A stretch of DNA of 62,158 nt, the filler included, from Platydemus manokwari (taxonomy: Eukaryota), in the NCBI GenBank assembly GCA_037951405.1. It is 6 parts of 6 records of this genome, joined end to end, with 100 filler letters (N's around TTAATTAATTAA, not from the genome) between each part and the next. Parts side by side here need not be neighbours in the genome. Positions count along the whole stretch, not along the records: positions 21,548 to 32,901 come from JBBMOY010739981.1; positions 33,002 to 42,379 come from JBBMOY011257208.1; 4 more parts are not named here. The stretch is one strand, 5' to 3'. A program made the translations under genes and the position numbers. This document shows positions 23,204 through 35,900 of the stretch, piece after piece (the first letter of the stretch is position 1; each line of letters starts with the position of its first letter). The notes under the pieces were generated by a model. The model was not told the origin of the DNA and searched no databases. It saw nothing but the letters and a program-made list of their open reading frames with translations.

Positions 23204-23755
23204 TTCAACTGGAAAACCACCAGACCGTTGATAAAGAGAAAAATTTTCTTGTCTCTTTTGTATTTCTTCTATCCGAGTTTCTAAAAACGGGTCTTCATGA
23301 CCTTTAAAAGTCTCGCAGTCATAAATTATATAATGCCTATTTCCATTAATCCACTGATGGACAGGAAAGAAAAAATATTCCCAATATCCTCTCAAACCGT
23401 GTCTTCGGTCTCGAATAATAATTTTTTCCATATACCAATCATGAGGTATTATATTTTCATTTGCTCTCCAAAATTCAATGTGCTCCAACTTATTGAAATT
23501 CTACAAAAAATTTTAAGACTGTTATATTTAAGGGATTTATACTCTAATTTTGCACCAAGGTTTATTTTCAATCGAAAATTTTGCCTGAATTTTATCATCC
23601 TCTGGTTGAATTAAATTAGTATAAGATAATGTCGGAGACTGGCGTTGCTGTTCATCAAATAAAACCATAAATATCGCTGGTTGATCTTCTACTTCTTTAA
23701 AGTCACCAGAAACTATACATATTTCAAATGCGATTTTGGACTTATTACTACCCAT
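23204..23755 (-). CDS. Lipoxygenase N-terminal PLAT/LH2 domain, exons 1-2 (rest of gene not found in this contig)
   Basis: Exons 23755-23543 and 23500-23204, with a 42-nt phase-0 intron. Motifs FEICIVSGD, DWYMEKIIIRD, FFPVHQWI, DPFLETRIEEIQKRQENF..GFPVE are typical of the animal LOX PLAT domain and linker. Confidence 0.8.
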
Positions 23756-24749
23756 TTTTAAATATACATATAGTTAAAATATAGAAAATAATAAAATAAA
23801 TTTTCAAAATAACTGAATCAAAATAAAGAAAATATAATATTTCCTTAAAGACTTTCGAATTTTAAAAGTTTATACAAACAGTTATTTAAACTATTTATAT
23901 TATTTAAATAATTAATTTATAAATTTGTGATTTGGAAAATATTTCATAATGAATCAATAATTGTTATTTTGATATCATCTAAATATAGTTAGTTTTTATT
24001 AATTAGTGTATGTGCTAATTCACAAAAATTAATTAATGAAAATTTTAGATTTTATTTAACTACTTATCAAATTTATAAGTTTCATTCAAAGTTCGAATTG
24101 AAAATTAGTGTTATCAAATATATCAAATATATCCAAAAGATAATAATATTTATATCAAAAAAGCTTCCCATACAATATTTGTCAGAATCAAAAATTTCAA
24201 AAAAAATAATGAAGTTTATTTTTCCATTTTTTTTATTTAAGGACACTGTAGGATCATATGTTGTATGAGGGATCCAGAATTTGTATATGCACAGTACATT
24301 CACTGGAAGACATTTACGTCATAGGAAGATTAAGTAAGATCTAATAATTGTAAAATAATATATAATTTATAAAAAACCACAAATAATTATTATTTATAGG
24401 GTTTGATCCCCTCCGTGATATCTTGTTTTATTTCTCTTTAGAGTTTATCAACCATTTCTTATTAATTGTGTATAAAATATTCTACGTTTATGTGTATAAA
24501 CGTAATTCTAAAGCCTAATTTTTATTAAGTGTATATAAATATTTGAGTAATTTTTATTAGATGTATAACTGTATTTGATGTTATAATAATAAAAGTATGT
24601 TTAAATCATAAGGTTGCTGTAATATTGAATCGGCTAGTCCCATAAGGTTCCACAATCATTTCCACAAATAATATCATAAAAATCATCTCATCACCTTTTT
24701 TTGCAAGATACAGTTAAGGTAATTAAAAGTTAAAAGATATAAAATCAAT

Positions 24750-25300
24750 AAAGTAATATCTAGAGCTACTCACCCGGGCTTTAAATGTGGATTAGAGTTG
24801 ATTAGGGTGAAAGATTATCATACTATTATGTTTTGTGATTACCTGTGGGTCATTAGAATTAAATTTCTGTTTACCTAGTAATTACTGCTTCGGTTGTGGA
24901 CTGGAAATAAGAACCAATTCCTCTTATTATATCTTTCCAGTCCACCAACAACCCAAATACCTGATCTTAGATGGCCGCGATTGTAATTGGCCATTCCTAA
25001 GCAACGATATTTTGCCAGCCGATTATTTTTCAATGTTGCGCTATTTCTTTATAAGCCTAATTGTCTACAAAATTTGAACTTTAACAAATAATTTTAAATA
25101 TTTTCATATACTGACAAAGGTCATTTAGTAACCTTTTTTGTGTGGCCCTTGCATCGTGAATAAGTTAAATTAGAAAAGGGAATTGTTGAGCCAAGTCACT
25201 ATTCGAATTCCGAAACTTCTTTAACAATTGTGGTATATTCACCTGTACGATTTATTTTATTTCGAAGACATTTTCGTTACAATATCTCTTGATAGGTTTT
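24750..25300 (-). mobile_element. Degenerate Merlin/IS1595-type (ISXO2-like) transposase relic
   Basis: Minus-strand NYNRGHLRSGIWVVGGLERYNKRNWFL resembles the Merlin motif KYNRGR..WVFGGIER..F; upstream KIIGWQNIV resembles KIGGxxxxVEIDES. Many frameshifts. Confidence 0.55.
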
Positions 25301-26662
25301 GGATCAATGTTAAATGAATATTTATTTAATCATTTCAAATTAAAATACAGCTACCTAGTTATTGGCATGCTTGAATTATTTCCAAATCACTTTTTTAGTA
25401 AAATAATTCTAAAAATTTTGGGTATCGATTCGTTTGCTTCTAATGTTAATAAAAGGTATCCTCACTTATTTTTAATAAATTGCCATTGAACCTGCTTTGA
25501 CCCATTTTTCAAATTATTAATTTTTAGCAGAATTTAAACTTTTAATTTATTTATTTTTGGATTTCAAAATGCTAAAATTCTTCATGGTAACTTAAATAAA
25601 TAATTCAAAATGATTTTAATGATTTTAATTAAATCAACTATATACATTTTTACAATACACTGCACAAATTAAAAAATTTATTACACGATTTTTTTTCTTA
25701 ACTTTGACAAAAAATGATCTAAGTTCAAAGAAAATTTTTATATCAATATTAAGGCAAGGAACAGTCAAATAATTATAAAAACGATGAGAGTGAAACTTAT
25801 TCATAAAACGAAAACTTTGAAATTTATTCGAAGTGTGACAAATTTTAATTAATTAAATGAGAAACATTTTTTGGAAAAAAAAAATGGATAAATTAATATT
25901 TATTGATTGATGAAATTCTTTTAATAATTAAAGCACCGAAAGGTTCCTATATCCTGGATTTATTATTAATTTATTTTAAAATCTATGATCAAAAATCATT
26001 TGAATTCTGACTCGCATTTGTCACTCTTTGCAAGTCCATACAATCTAATTTTTGGTAAAATTAATTGTGTGAGTTTAATTTTTGTGGTACACATCATTTC
26101 ACTATGTTTGTGCTTATCCAGACTATCAAACGAAATAAATGCTAAAACAGGGTCAAGCAGGCAATTGAACAGTCGTGCATAATATCTGTTTTCGGAAATC
26201 CTAACATTTTGTGATTTATTTTTATGAACGAAATTGGTTTGATTTGGACATAGGTTTGTTGGGGTTTTGACAAATTTAACCCTCAAAAGTGAATTCTGAC
26301 AATTATAACAATATCAATTTTATAAACAGTGTAAATGTATATTGCAGTAATTTATAATTTTTCGAAGCTAATTGAATTATATCAATTAGTTGGTTTTTAT
26401 TAAAGTTTGTAAAAAGTTATATTAATATCCAATTTTATCCACTGTAAGGATAAATTGAAACATTTTATTTATTTTGCATGGAATATAGCAATGTAGCCAT
26501 AGTTTTTACATTTTATAGTTTATGTGAAATTCTGGAAATAAATAACTTATAATAATTTATATGATTGCGTAATAAATATATTGATACTTTAAAATAATAT
26601 TTTCCACATTTAGTAACAATGAAATATAATGGCTGGAATAAATAAACCTTAGGGAATTTTAT

Positions 26663-27292
26663 TGTAATAATATTCCACAAATATATGTGATATTTATAAT
26701 ATTGTATCGAAATATATTTTATTTGGAATTATTATAAGCGCCGACATAGAAAAGCATAAATAGCAATTCAAATCATCACAACTCACCCGATTAGTTAGAA
26801 ACCACTAGATTGCTATACAAGCCTTCGAGATATTCAATTCGTTCTCCAGACATCAGCCATTATATTGATTCATTGTTCAAATCAAAGTGAGTTAGATTAA
26901 TACTGTAGAATCTCAATCAATATCATCTATTCTATCGTATATCGTCCTATTATAGAATTTTATCTCACAAAAACCTCTTACGGGTGATGGTTGGGCTTTT
27001 CGAGTTGAAGTTTGCAACCGTTTCTTATTTCCAGAATTTTGAGATCTTCGTTTAAGTGTATTTTTATAGTTGTATACTGTAGTTTTAAAATAGCAAGTTT
27101 GTAACTTTTACATTTGGTGTATATTTGTATAACAATAAAATTTACTGTAGTTGATAGTTTGCTGATTTGATAATATACAGTTGTAAAATAGTTTAATAGT
27201 TTAATTTGAGACTGATTGAAGTAATAAAATTCGGACCATTGCTGCCTATCATACTATCTTCATATACTATATATAGCGAGGTGACGACAACA
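26663..27292 (+). mobile_element. Possible LTR-like sequence
   Basis: TGTAA start, TATA-like cataaatag (~26755), AATAAA at ~27134, candidate CA ends at 27112 or 27292. No TSD found. Confidence 0.3.
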
Positions 27293-28521
27293 AATTATTG
27301 TATAAGGCTTCATAGAGTGTACCTTAGGGATTGATCAGAACTCATCGAGACTGGTCTAGACGGCATTGATCCATAGTGTTAATTTATAAAATGTTGAGAC
27401 TTATAAAATATTAAAAACAAGCAACATCGAAACACGTCAGATTGTGCGTTGGTTATAGGTTTTAAATCTCATAGTTGGATTTCAAAGATCAGATTAATTA
27501 AAAGTACTCAAACGTATTTGTTGAGGGAAATTTCACATCCAGCCCAATCACCAACATAAAAATATTCAAACACCTTTCTTTACACTCCAGCCTTCTCCTA
27601 CTCAGTAATATTCAACAATCCGGATATCTCAAACAAAGAAACAACCAGATTGGAAATACGATTAAGTCAAATGTTAAAATGTTCCTATTCAAATTTTTCC
27701 AACCCGAAAATATTCAACCCATACACTATCCAAAGTTGATCCAATCTGTTGTCAAAAACTTTTACATTGATTAAATTTTAAACCGTTGCATTGATTGAAA
27801 TTTTCGATTTTTATTAAAAAAGTCTTGTTTTTCTTTTATTTGAAGTGATGATTAGTTGTCATAATAATAATTATTATTATGATTATTTCTTTGTATGATT
27901 ATGATCTTATAAATCCTATAATTTGTAAATAAGATTAACTAAAGAGAGGCAACAAAGATTAAATAAAGTTAACTAAAATGAAGAATAATATTTAAAGCAA
28001 ATGAGNNNNNNNNNNNNNNNNNNNNNNNNNNNNNNNNNNNNNNNNNNNNNNNNNNNNNNNNNNNNNNNNNNNNNNNNNNNNNNNNNNNNNNNNNNNNNNN
28101 NNNNNNNNNNNNNNNNNNNNNNNNNNNNNNNNNNNNNNNNNNNNNNNNNNNNNNNNNNGAAATAGAATTATAATTATAAAATCGAAGTAATAAAAAATAA
28201 TTAGATAAAAGACAATAATAAAAATAATATTAATATGATTAATAATAATATAATTCTAATAATAGTGAAATGGTAATAAATGATACAAGACGAAAAATGC
28301 TAAAATTGATACATAGTTTATCAACAAATAAAAAGGTAGTCAAACATTAAAAAGGAGAAACGAGAAAATTAATATGGGATAAATCAAAAATAAAAACAAA
28401 TGAAGACATAACTAGCAAAACACTGGTTGAAAAATAGTATATAATAATAGTACAGTATATGGCATTCATTCACCAAAAATTCTTGAGTTCGGACTAGGAT
28501 CGAAAATTACTACTACAAACT

Positions 28522-31500
28522 AGTGAAGATTATTATGATTACCATTGACGAAGGAGATTTCGAGAGAGTAAATTTTTAATAAATTTTAACTTTTAATCAA
28601 TAGCACTATTGTTAACTATAATCGAATCATTCATTAATTTAACCAATCTTTTTGACAATCGACTCCATTTGGCCTTCATAAATCTCTCGTGTGGATATTT
28701 ATCATCAATCTACTTTAATAGCTTGTTGCGCATTTTTGTAATTTTTGTTTTCTTAAATAAATCTTATTTACATTAAGCTATGCCATAAGCACATTCAGGC
28801 ATGATATTTATTTAAAAAACTACATTAATACGTCAATCGATTATTTAAATAAACACCACGTGTTTCTTTAATTAATCACTTTAGTCGCCTCTTCTTAAGG
28901 CCCGCACCACCGTTTCAGCCACTCTAATCGTCTGGATTTTATCGCCCGAGGGAATTGAATCTCCACTTGTTTGTCTGACTTGAATCCGGTAATTCGATAG
29001 GGGCCTTCGTACTGGTATCTATTTTTCTTCCTCTTATGGGGATCTATGCAAACTAGCACCTTATCTCCACCTGAAAAGCTCGATGTGTTCTTTTTCCCCT
29101 GTCTTGGTTAGACATATTGACGACTGCCATCTTAGATTTTTATCTAGCTGCTGCTGCAATGTCATCTCGAGTTTGATTCTTGTGGCTCACATCTGTATGG
29201 ACATTGATCTTGTGCGAGAACTTCGTTGTTGATTGAAGTATTGCGTTAATGCAGAACTCTATCCTTGGCAACAATTCAGCCCAATTTTTCTCAGGACTCT
29301 TACCCTTTAAAGTATCTGTTATCATATCTCGTACCGTTCTGATGACTCTCCGCTATCCCTTTCGATTGATCCTGGTATGGTGAGCTGAATTCCTGTTTGA
29401 TACCCAATTTTGAACACATCTCTCTCATAAATTTGCCTTCAAATTATTTCCCGTTATCAGATAGAATGCCTTTTGGCTTTTCAAAAACGATAAATCCACG
29501 AATTCCAAATGACCTGGAAGATTGTCTTTTCGTTCTGCTTAATTGTAGCAGTGAGGATCACTAGCTTGCTGAATCTATCGATAATGACTACTAGATACCT
29601 CTTGTTACTATGCATCGTGTCCATTTGGGCAATGTCCACCACGATTTGCTCTTGAAACTCAGAGCTTAACTGAAGGAGCAGAAATTCCTTAGTTCTGGAT
29701 TGATCAATCTTTCTCTTTGAACATATAATACATTTTTTTCAGTGCCTCTTTGATGGTGCTGAAGATGTCTGGTCAATAAAAACTGTCGTTCAAATATGCG
29801 AAGGTTTTCTTTGAGCGTAAGTGGCAGAGCACCTCCTGAATTGTCTTGACAAATTGAGAGGCAAAATCTTTTGGTATTATAACAGCTAAACCGTTCTCTT
29901 CCGCCAATATCAGTGTATTGTCGATCACCTTCAGCTTACCTTTAATTCTCAAATGTGAATGTTTATTCCAGAATTCCGTCCTAGTTCGAGTTATTTCACT
30001 ATTTAGAAATCTGAATGTCTCCACTATTTCTGCATCGTTGTGCTGTGCTTCCTATATTTTCAGCATTATCTCAGACTTTATTTGTATCTGAGCTAAATAT
30101 CTAGTTTTCGGCTTTTCCGTCTTTGCTCAATCGTGTCTCATCTTGCACTGGAAACATAGTGTCTCGGTAATCCTAGACAATCCATCTACGTTGCTATGAT
30201 TCTCTTCTTTTCTATATCTTAAATCGAAACCGTATTCTGACAGTGCCGACATACATGTTTGAAATTTAGGGCTGATTGGTTTTCGTGTCCAGTTCAAGAA
30301 TACCAGGGCTTTGTGATCGGTCCTCGGTCCTCATCCAGGTCTACTGGTAACTGTGTTTCCATTCTCCCCGTTGCTGGCTCGATTTCTGCCATGGACAGTG
30401 TGGGTATTCGCCTCCATTGTTTGGATTCCACTGGCGTTGTCAATACCTTCACTCCTACTACGTCAACTAAATATTTGTCATCATCTACCGGATTCGATTG
30501 AATTGTGATGATAAACGGCTTCGTGATTGATTTCTCCTGTCTGATATCCTGCTTTAGTCGGCGAACGTGGGTGAAGCAAGAGTATGTCTTTAGCCAGTTT
30601 CCGTGATGACTGGTCCTAATGTGTAGAGTGAGTTTGAGCTATCATGACTTTTTCAGCCGTTGGCTTATTGGTTTCTTGGTTGCTGGGGTAAGACCGTTGT
30701 ACATGACAAAATTACCCTCAAGTAAAACACTTAATCTTCCCTTGAGTGTTTACTTCGTTTCGTTCTTTTGTAAACGCGACTGATCTGCAAATTGATTCGA
30801 CGTGTCCCTTGCGGTTACACTTTGCACATTCTAATCCACGAAGTGTGCATTCAGATGTGGCGTGAGTATCGACTCCGCAGCGCTGACATTTGATCTTGTT
30901 TCCATCAATGTCATTATTGGCCCTACAGTCCTTAGTGGAGTGATTATTCCTTCGACAGATGGCACATGTTTGTCCTGGCGTCCCATTTCGATTGGTCCCA
31001 GTTGAATTGCCATTGTCATGATTTTGAGCGTAATTGCTTCGATTTTGCTTTAGCTTTGAGGTTTGGCTTTGTACGTAGCGCAGATTAGTTCTCAATTGCC
31101 TTGGCCAATTTCAACTAATCGGGCTTTCTGTACTAGCTCGTCAAAATTGTCCCCCATATAGAGGCTTAAACTGGCCCTAATGTGAGGAAAGAACCCCTCC
31201 CATAGGTGGTTCTTTATATTGTTGCGAGTGTCCTGCGGCCAACCGTTTTGGGCTCCATAAGCGCGCTCAGCTAGCAAAGTAAGTTGGTGAGCAAATTCAT
31301 CAACATGCTCTCCTGGTTGGTGCTTGCGATTTTTGAATCACTGTCTGAATAAGTGTCCCGTATCGGCGGGTAGGATTTGTCGTCCAGATTGCTGATGAAA
31401 TGCGGCCCACTCCCGTGGTGGTGCTGGTGTTTTAATAATAGTGTTATTTTTTTCTCCGGCCATCCCTGTTAAGTAGATTGGCAAGCGTTTGATCATTCGT

Positions 31501-31740
31501 TTCTGGGTGATGCTGTAGGCATCTGAGAGCTGGTAGTAGTCCGACATGAACTCGTGATAAGTTCCTAGATCTCCATTGTATGGCTTTATGTTGAGCTTTA
31601 CATTTGGCTCATAGTCTCTTGGTGCAGATATGACTGCGTTCGGTTGCACGTTGGGATTCACTAGTCCCGCTGGCGGAATGGCTGATCCTTGTGGAAGGAC
31701 TACCTCTATCTCTGGTAAGTCGTCTTGCATGATGCTGGTA
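28522..31740 (-). mobile_element. Internally deleted Ty3/Gypsy element: gag - (PR/RT/most RNase H missing) - integrase - PPT - 3' LTR (family B, 28522-28885)
   Basis: Gag IKPYNGDLGTYHEF...RLPIYLTG...HQPGEHVDEFAHQL plus CCHC knuckles; RTDHKAL; LSEYGFDLRYRKEENHSNVDGLSR; integrase LCHL..CIIC, VVDIAQM..RYLVVIIDRFSK, ILSDNG, YEGPYRI; PPT AAGAAGAGGCG. Confidence 0.9.
30690..31730 (-). pseudogene. Gag with capsid-like region and 3 intact plus 1 decayed CCHC zinc knuckles
   Basis: CAICRRNNHSTKDC, CQRCGVDTHATSEC, CAKCNRKGHVESIC, and decayed CFT*G*FCHVQRSY. Confidence 0.85.
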
Positions 31741-32004
31741 GTGAGTGACGATGATCACGTCGGGCTCACCAATTTGTGGAGATTTGGTATCTCGAGGATT
31801 GAGCAATTTTAAGCAATCTGAATTCAAAGGATTGGGCATACTAGCACTTACTACTAGCACGTTTATTGATTTATATGACAGATATACAAGCTGAATAACT
31901 GTTGCATAATCAGCGTACGAGCTGGATAATTAGATTACAAGAGTTTCTAGAAGACCAGATTCGATACCTATCCCTAAAGATGATGAGTATTGTCGGTGCC
32001 GCCT

Positions 32005-32627
32005 AATAGCCCGGACACAGACTCAGACCCGATAAAAGTGATGACAAATGAAGAGTTATAGTAACTGACAAGCCCGTGAAGAGATTGCAGATATAACTAT
32101 GGAATGATTAATTGAAAGCATAAATTTACTCATTGTCGTTTTACTAGTCGCTTCAGATTATTCTCTTAGATTAACTGTGAGCGCTGTAAAGGGCGATTTT
32201 ACTGAATTTGGTCTCGATATTTATAATATTTTTGCACAAGGCAGGCTTTGTTCATGTTTGTTTGTCTTTAAGGTTTGTTTGTTTAAATTTTCCATAATAG
32301 CTTTGTGTGACTTTTTTGAATGTGCTTGCCTTTGTTTATTTTCACTTATCTCATGCCTTTGTTTGTTTTCACTTATCTCATATTTCTTTATATTAATTAT
32401 CTTTGTTTATTTTCACTTAAACAACTTGCTTATTCTCTTTATTTACACATGTTGATTGACTTTGTTTGTTTTCACTTAAACAACTTACTTAATGTATTTA
32501 AAAAAGGATTCGATAATGAAGAATTTTACTTGTTGAAATTTGAAATTTAATTTTTCATATTTTCATATTTATATATTTTCTATATTTCTAATTGTTTCTA
32601 ATTGTATTTACAATATAATCCCTAACA
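32005..32627 (-). mobile_element. Putative 5' LTR upstream of the gag, inserted into an older Gypsy pol
   Basis: Minus-strand TGTTAG start at 32627 interrupts the RNase H reading; repeated enhancer-like motifs at 32330-32480; TATAAATA ~32225; PBS-like aggcggcaccgac near 32005. Confidence 0.4.
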
Positions 32628-32901
32628 GTATCAAGTATAAATATCCTGTTTTCTCTTGGGTAATCCAAAAGTGGTGCTTCACAGAGTGTCGACTTTAGCT
32701 TCAAAAAACTTGTTTGACACGATTCTGACCATTGTAATTCCTTATCTCCACTTGCAGTTGAGGTGTATAGTGGAACCGCTATTAAAGCATAATCCTTGAC
32801 GAATCGCCTGTAATAGTTTGTCAGTCTAAAAATGATCGCAGTTTGCTGGTACACTGTGGTACTGGGGCATCTCGTATCTGTTCGATTTTGTCGTAATTAG
32901 T
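32628..32901 (-). pseudogene. Gypsy RT C-terminus/RNase H start fragment
   Basis: LTNYYRRFVKDYALIAVPLY..LQWSESCQTSFLKLKSTLCEAPLLDYP..FILDT. Confidence 0.9.
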
Positions 32902-35900
32902 NNNNNNNNNNNNNNNNNNNNNNNNNNNNNNNNNNNNNNNNNNNNTTAATTAATTAANNNNNNNNNNNNNNNNNNNNNNNNNNNNNNNNNNNNNNNNNNN
33001 NAATGTTCCATAATTAAAACAAATATGATGCGTATAAACAAATCAAACAATGTTGACTGATTTTGATAGCTTATGAATGTAGCTTCAAAATGACGTGTAT
33101 GTTAATGATTTGCTACAGCACACACACACAAGTGTTTATATCTGGTGTCAAATTCCGGTTATTAAGTTATAGACCCAATAACAGAATTATTATTTATATT
33201 GTCAATCAGAAGGTAATCCAAATTTCAACGAGAATTCCTATTTTGCAGAACGGGGACTATGTTTGGCTATATACCTGTCATGTGACTACTTACAATCAAT
33301 AGCGTTACCAAATATCATACATTAAAAATCGATATTAAATAAAACTCTTCAGCGTTCGCCATTATATTCCAGTGCTGGAAATAATTTAAATCAAATTGTT
33401 AATTTGATGGTGTAGGTTATTATAGTAACACCATTTCTATTTCTATATTAAAAATCACTTTGACTACACTTGATTCATGATTATAGTTCACCAAATTTTT
33501 ATAGAATTTTGATGTTAAAAACTTTTCATATTTTTTAATAAGAACATTTGAAAAAATTTGAACGCTAATGTTCATAATGAACGAGGTTGACTGTATTTAT
33601 TATCATTCTTGTGAATGATCCATCACCCAACATTTCTCCATCTATCATCATTATTTCAGTCTTCATTACACTTTTATCTACCGCTGGAGCCAAATCTTCC
33701 TCTATTTATAATTTCTTTGCAGTCAAAAGATGATTCATTCTCTTATCGGTTTGGATATTAACAAGATAATCAGAAATATAACTCCCTTGATTCTCCAATG
33801 ATTGATTTTGGATATCTTGAAAATATAATATTCTTTTATGGTATTTGGTTTGTGTCCAAATTATTTAATATCTGTAAACAAAATAAGTTGTTTAACTGTA
33901 GGTTTTGTCAATCATATGCTCAGATGATGTTGTTCTAGATTACATTTTTAGAAAATCTTTTTGTGTTGTTCTTTTTTGCTTTTAATCCTTCTCAGCTCTA
34001 ATGTCTGAGGATTGTTTGATAAATTCCGTCTGATAGTCATTTGCCAATCAGCGCGATTTCTCTTAAGATGATTAGCTGTTTTCCCATTATCATAAATGCT
34101 ATCACATTTTTCTCTTTTCTCCTACAATACCTCCCCGTCTTCTTTTTCATCGGGGATTATTTATTAGGTCTAATAACGTCTTTAATTGTTTCATCACATC
34201 ATTATCAAATAATTCCTTGAAAATATATGGATGATTTTAGATCGAGGTGTAATGCCTTTAGTATTCTTCTGTTGGGTTGTGATTGTTAAATGTGATGTTT
34301 TTACAACTCAACAATGTGAGTTCCTTTATTGATTTTATTTATATTTATCAAATAAACGTACAAATTGACACAAGCTCAATTAATAATCTTTTGTTTAAAT
34401 CAATTATTAAATGCTCAAAAACACAAATTTAACTATAAATTTAAAACAAATCTTACCGTGAACAAAAGAACACGTTGTGTTTCTTAATGAATTTATAAAT
34501 ATTGAGTTTATTAGTATGTTCATTTGAAATTCGAAAGGGAACGGTCATTTAGGGTAATTAATTGTTGTTTTTGTTGAATTAATATCAATTTATAAAGTAT
34601 TTAAATTTTTCGTTCCAAACTATTATCGATTATGTCAATTATTCGCGTCCAAACTGTCGAACTTTTGATCACGATTTCATTGAGAGTGATTTGTAATAAA
34701 GTTAATGCTGACATCAGATACTTTGTATCTGGAATTTTAAAACCACTTTTATCAATGTTTTGACATCTTATTACTATGGACCTTGATTTAAACTTTATCA
34801 TTAAAAGTTCTTTGAAATTATAAATTATTTTTAAGTTTAAATTTGTTAAAATTTGCTAACATTAAAATTTTAATTCTGATAATTTTTTCAATTTTCAATT
34901 ATATTTTACCTTTAAACAATCAAATTTATATAAATAATAATATTTTTTATTATTATCATTTTATACATAGTTATTTTTATAATAATTCTGTGCAGGAAAT
35001 AGAATAAAAATTTGTAAATCTGAAATCCACAATTATAAACGATAAATGTCCCAAAGAAGGATTCCGCATATTTATTCGATAGAATCAATGTTTAAGGAAG
35101 AATCATAATTGTTTATCACAAAAAAATCGAATGATAAATATTTTTAGCATTCGTTCTCGAAGATTTATTTTATCTTGATTGTATTGAATTCAGGCGTCTA
35201 ACCCAAAGCTCCAATACTTCTTACTCCATGTCTTTTTCTTTTCTTCGCAACCTTTTTTAGATTGGACTACTGCCGCCAAGTATTATGGGTTTGATTTTTA
35301 TTTTTGATTATCTGTTTATTAGACCATATTTCTTTGACGTCGTCTGATATCTTGTCGATTTTGATTTGTTGTTTATATATTTCAGTTTTTATGAGCCAAT
35401 AGTGATGTGTATCTTTTTGTCCTCTGGTACACTCTCAGTTTCTTCATTATCTGAGTAGAATAGCAGTCTGTCTACATTTAGGCAGATGTGTGTTTTCAAT
35501 AACTCATTGTTCAATAGGATCATAATTCTAATTATGAGTAATGTTCCTGTATCCTTTTTAGACAGTCGTAGATATTCTCCATAAGTGACAGAGGTTCATT
35601 ATTCTATACATTCTGCTTATACACTTTCATATTCTTCTTCATTTGTAATATCAATAATTTCCAATGCATCCTATCTATTATTGTATATTCTTAAAGTCAC
35701 TGTTGATATTTAATTTTTTATTCCACATCAAAATTTGTTGTAGTACTCCTGCAATCCGTAGAGTTTTCTAATCATTTGAAAGACTATAGAAATATATGAG
35801 CACTATTTTCTTCATTTATTGTTTTCATATGACTTCGTACAAAGAATTTCATTTCCTTCTCATTTTCCTGATGAGAATCCTATTAGCATTACCATTTACC

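Noticed and set aside
19189-23755. PLAT exons splicing to the M8-like exons as a novel fusion gene (phases are compatible)
   Set aside because: An artificial linker (21448-21547) lies between them, and each looks like part of a different conventional gene.
33670-33720. RGRFGSSG resembling dUTPase motif V
   Set aside because: No motifs I-IV upstream, and the longer open frame here is a different one.
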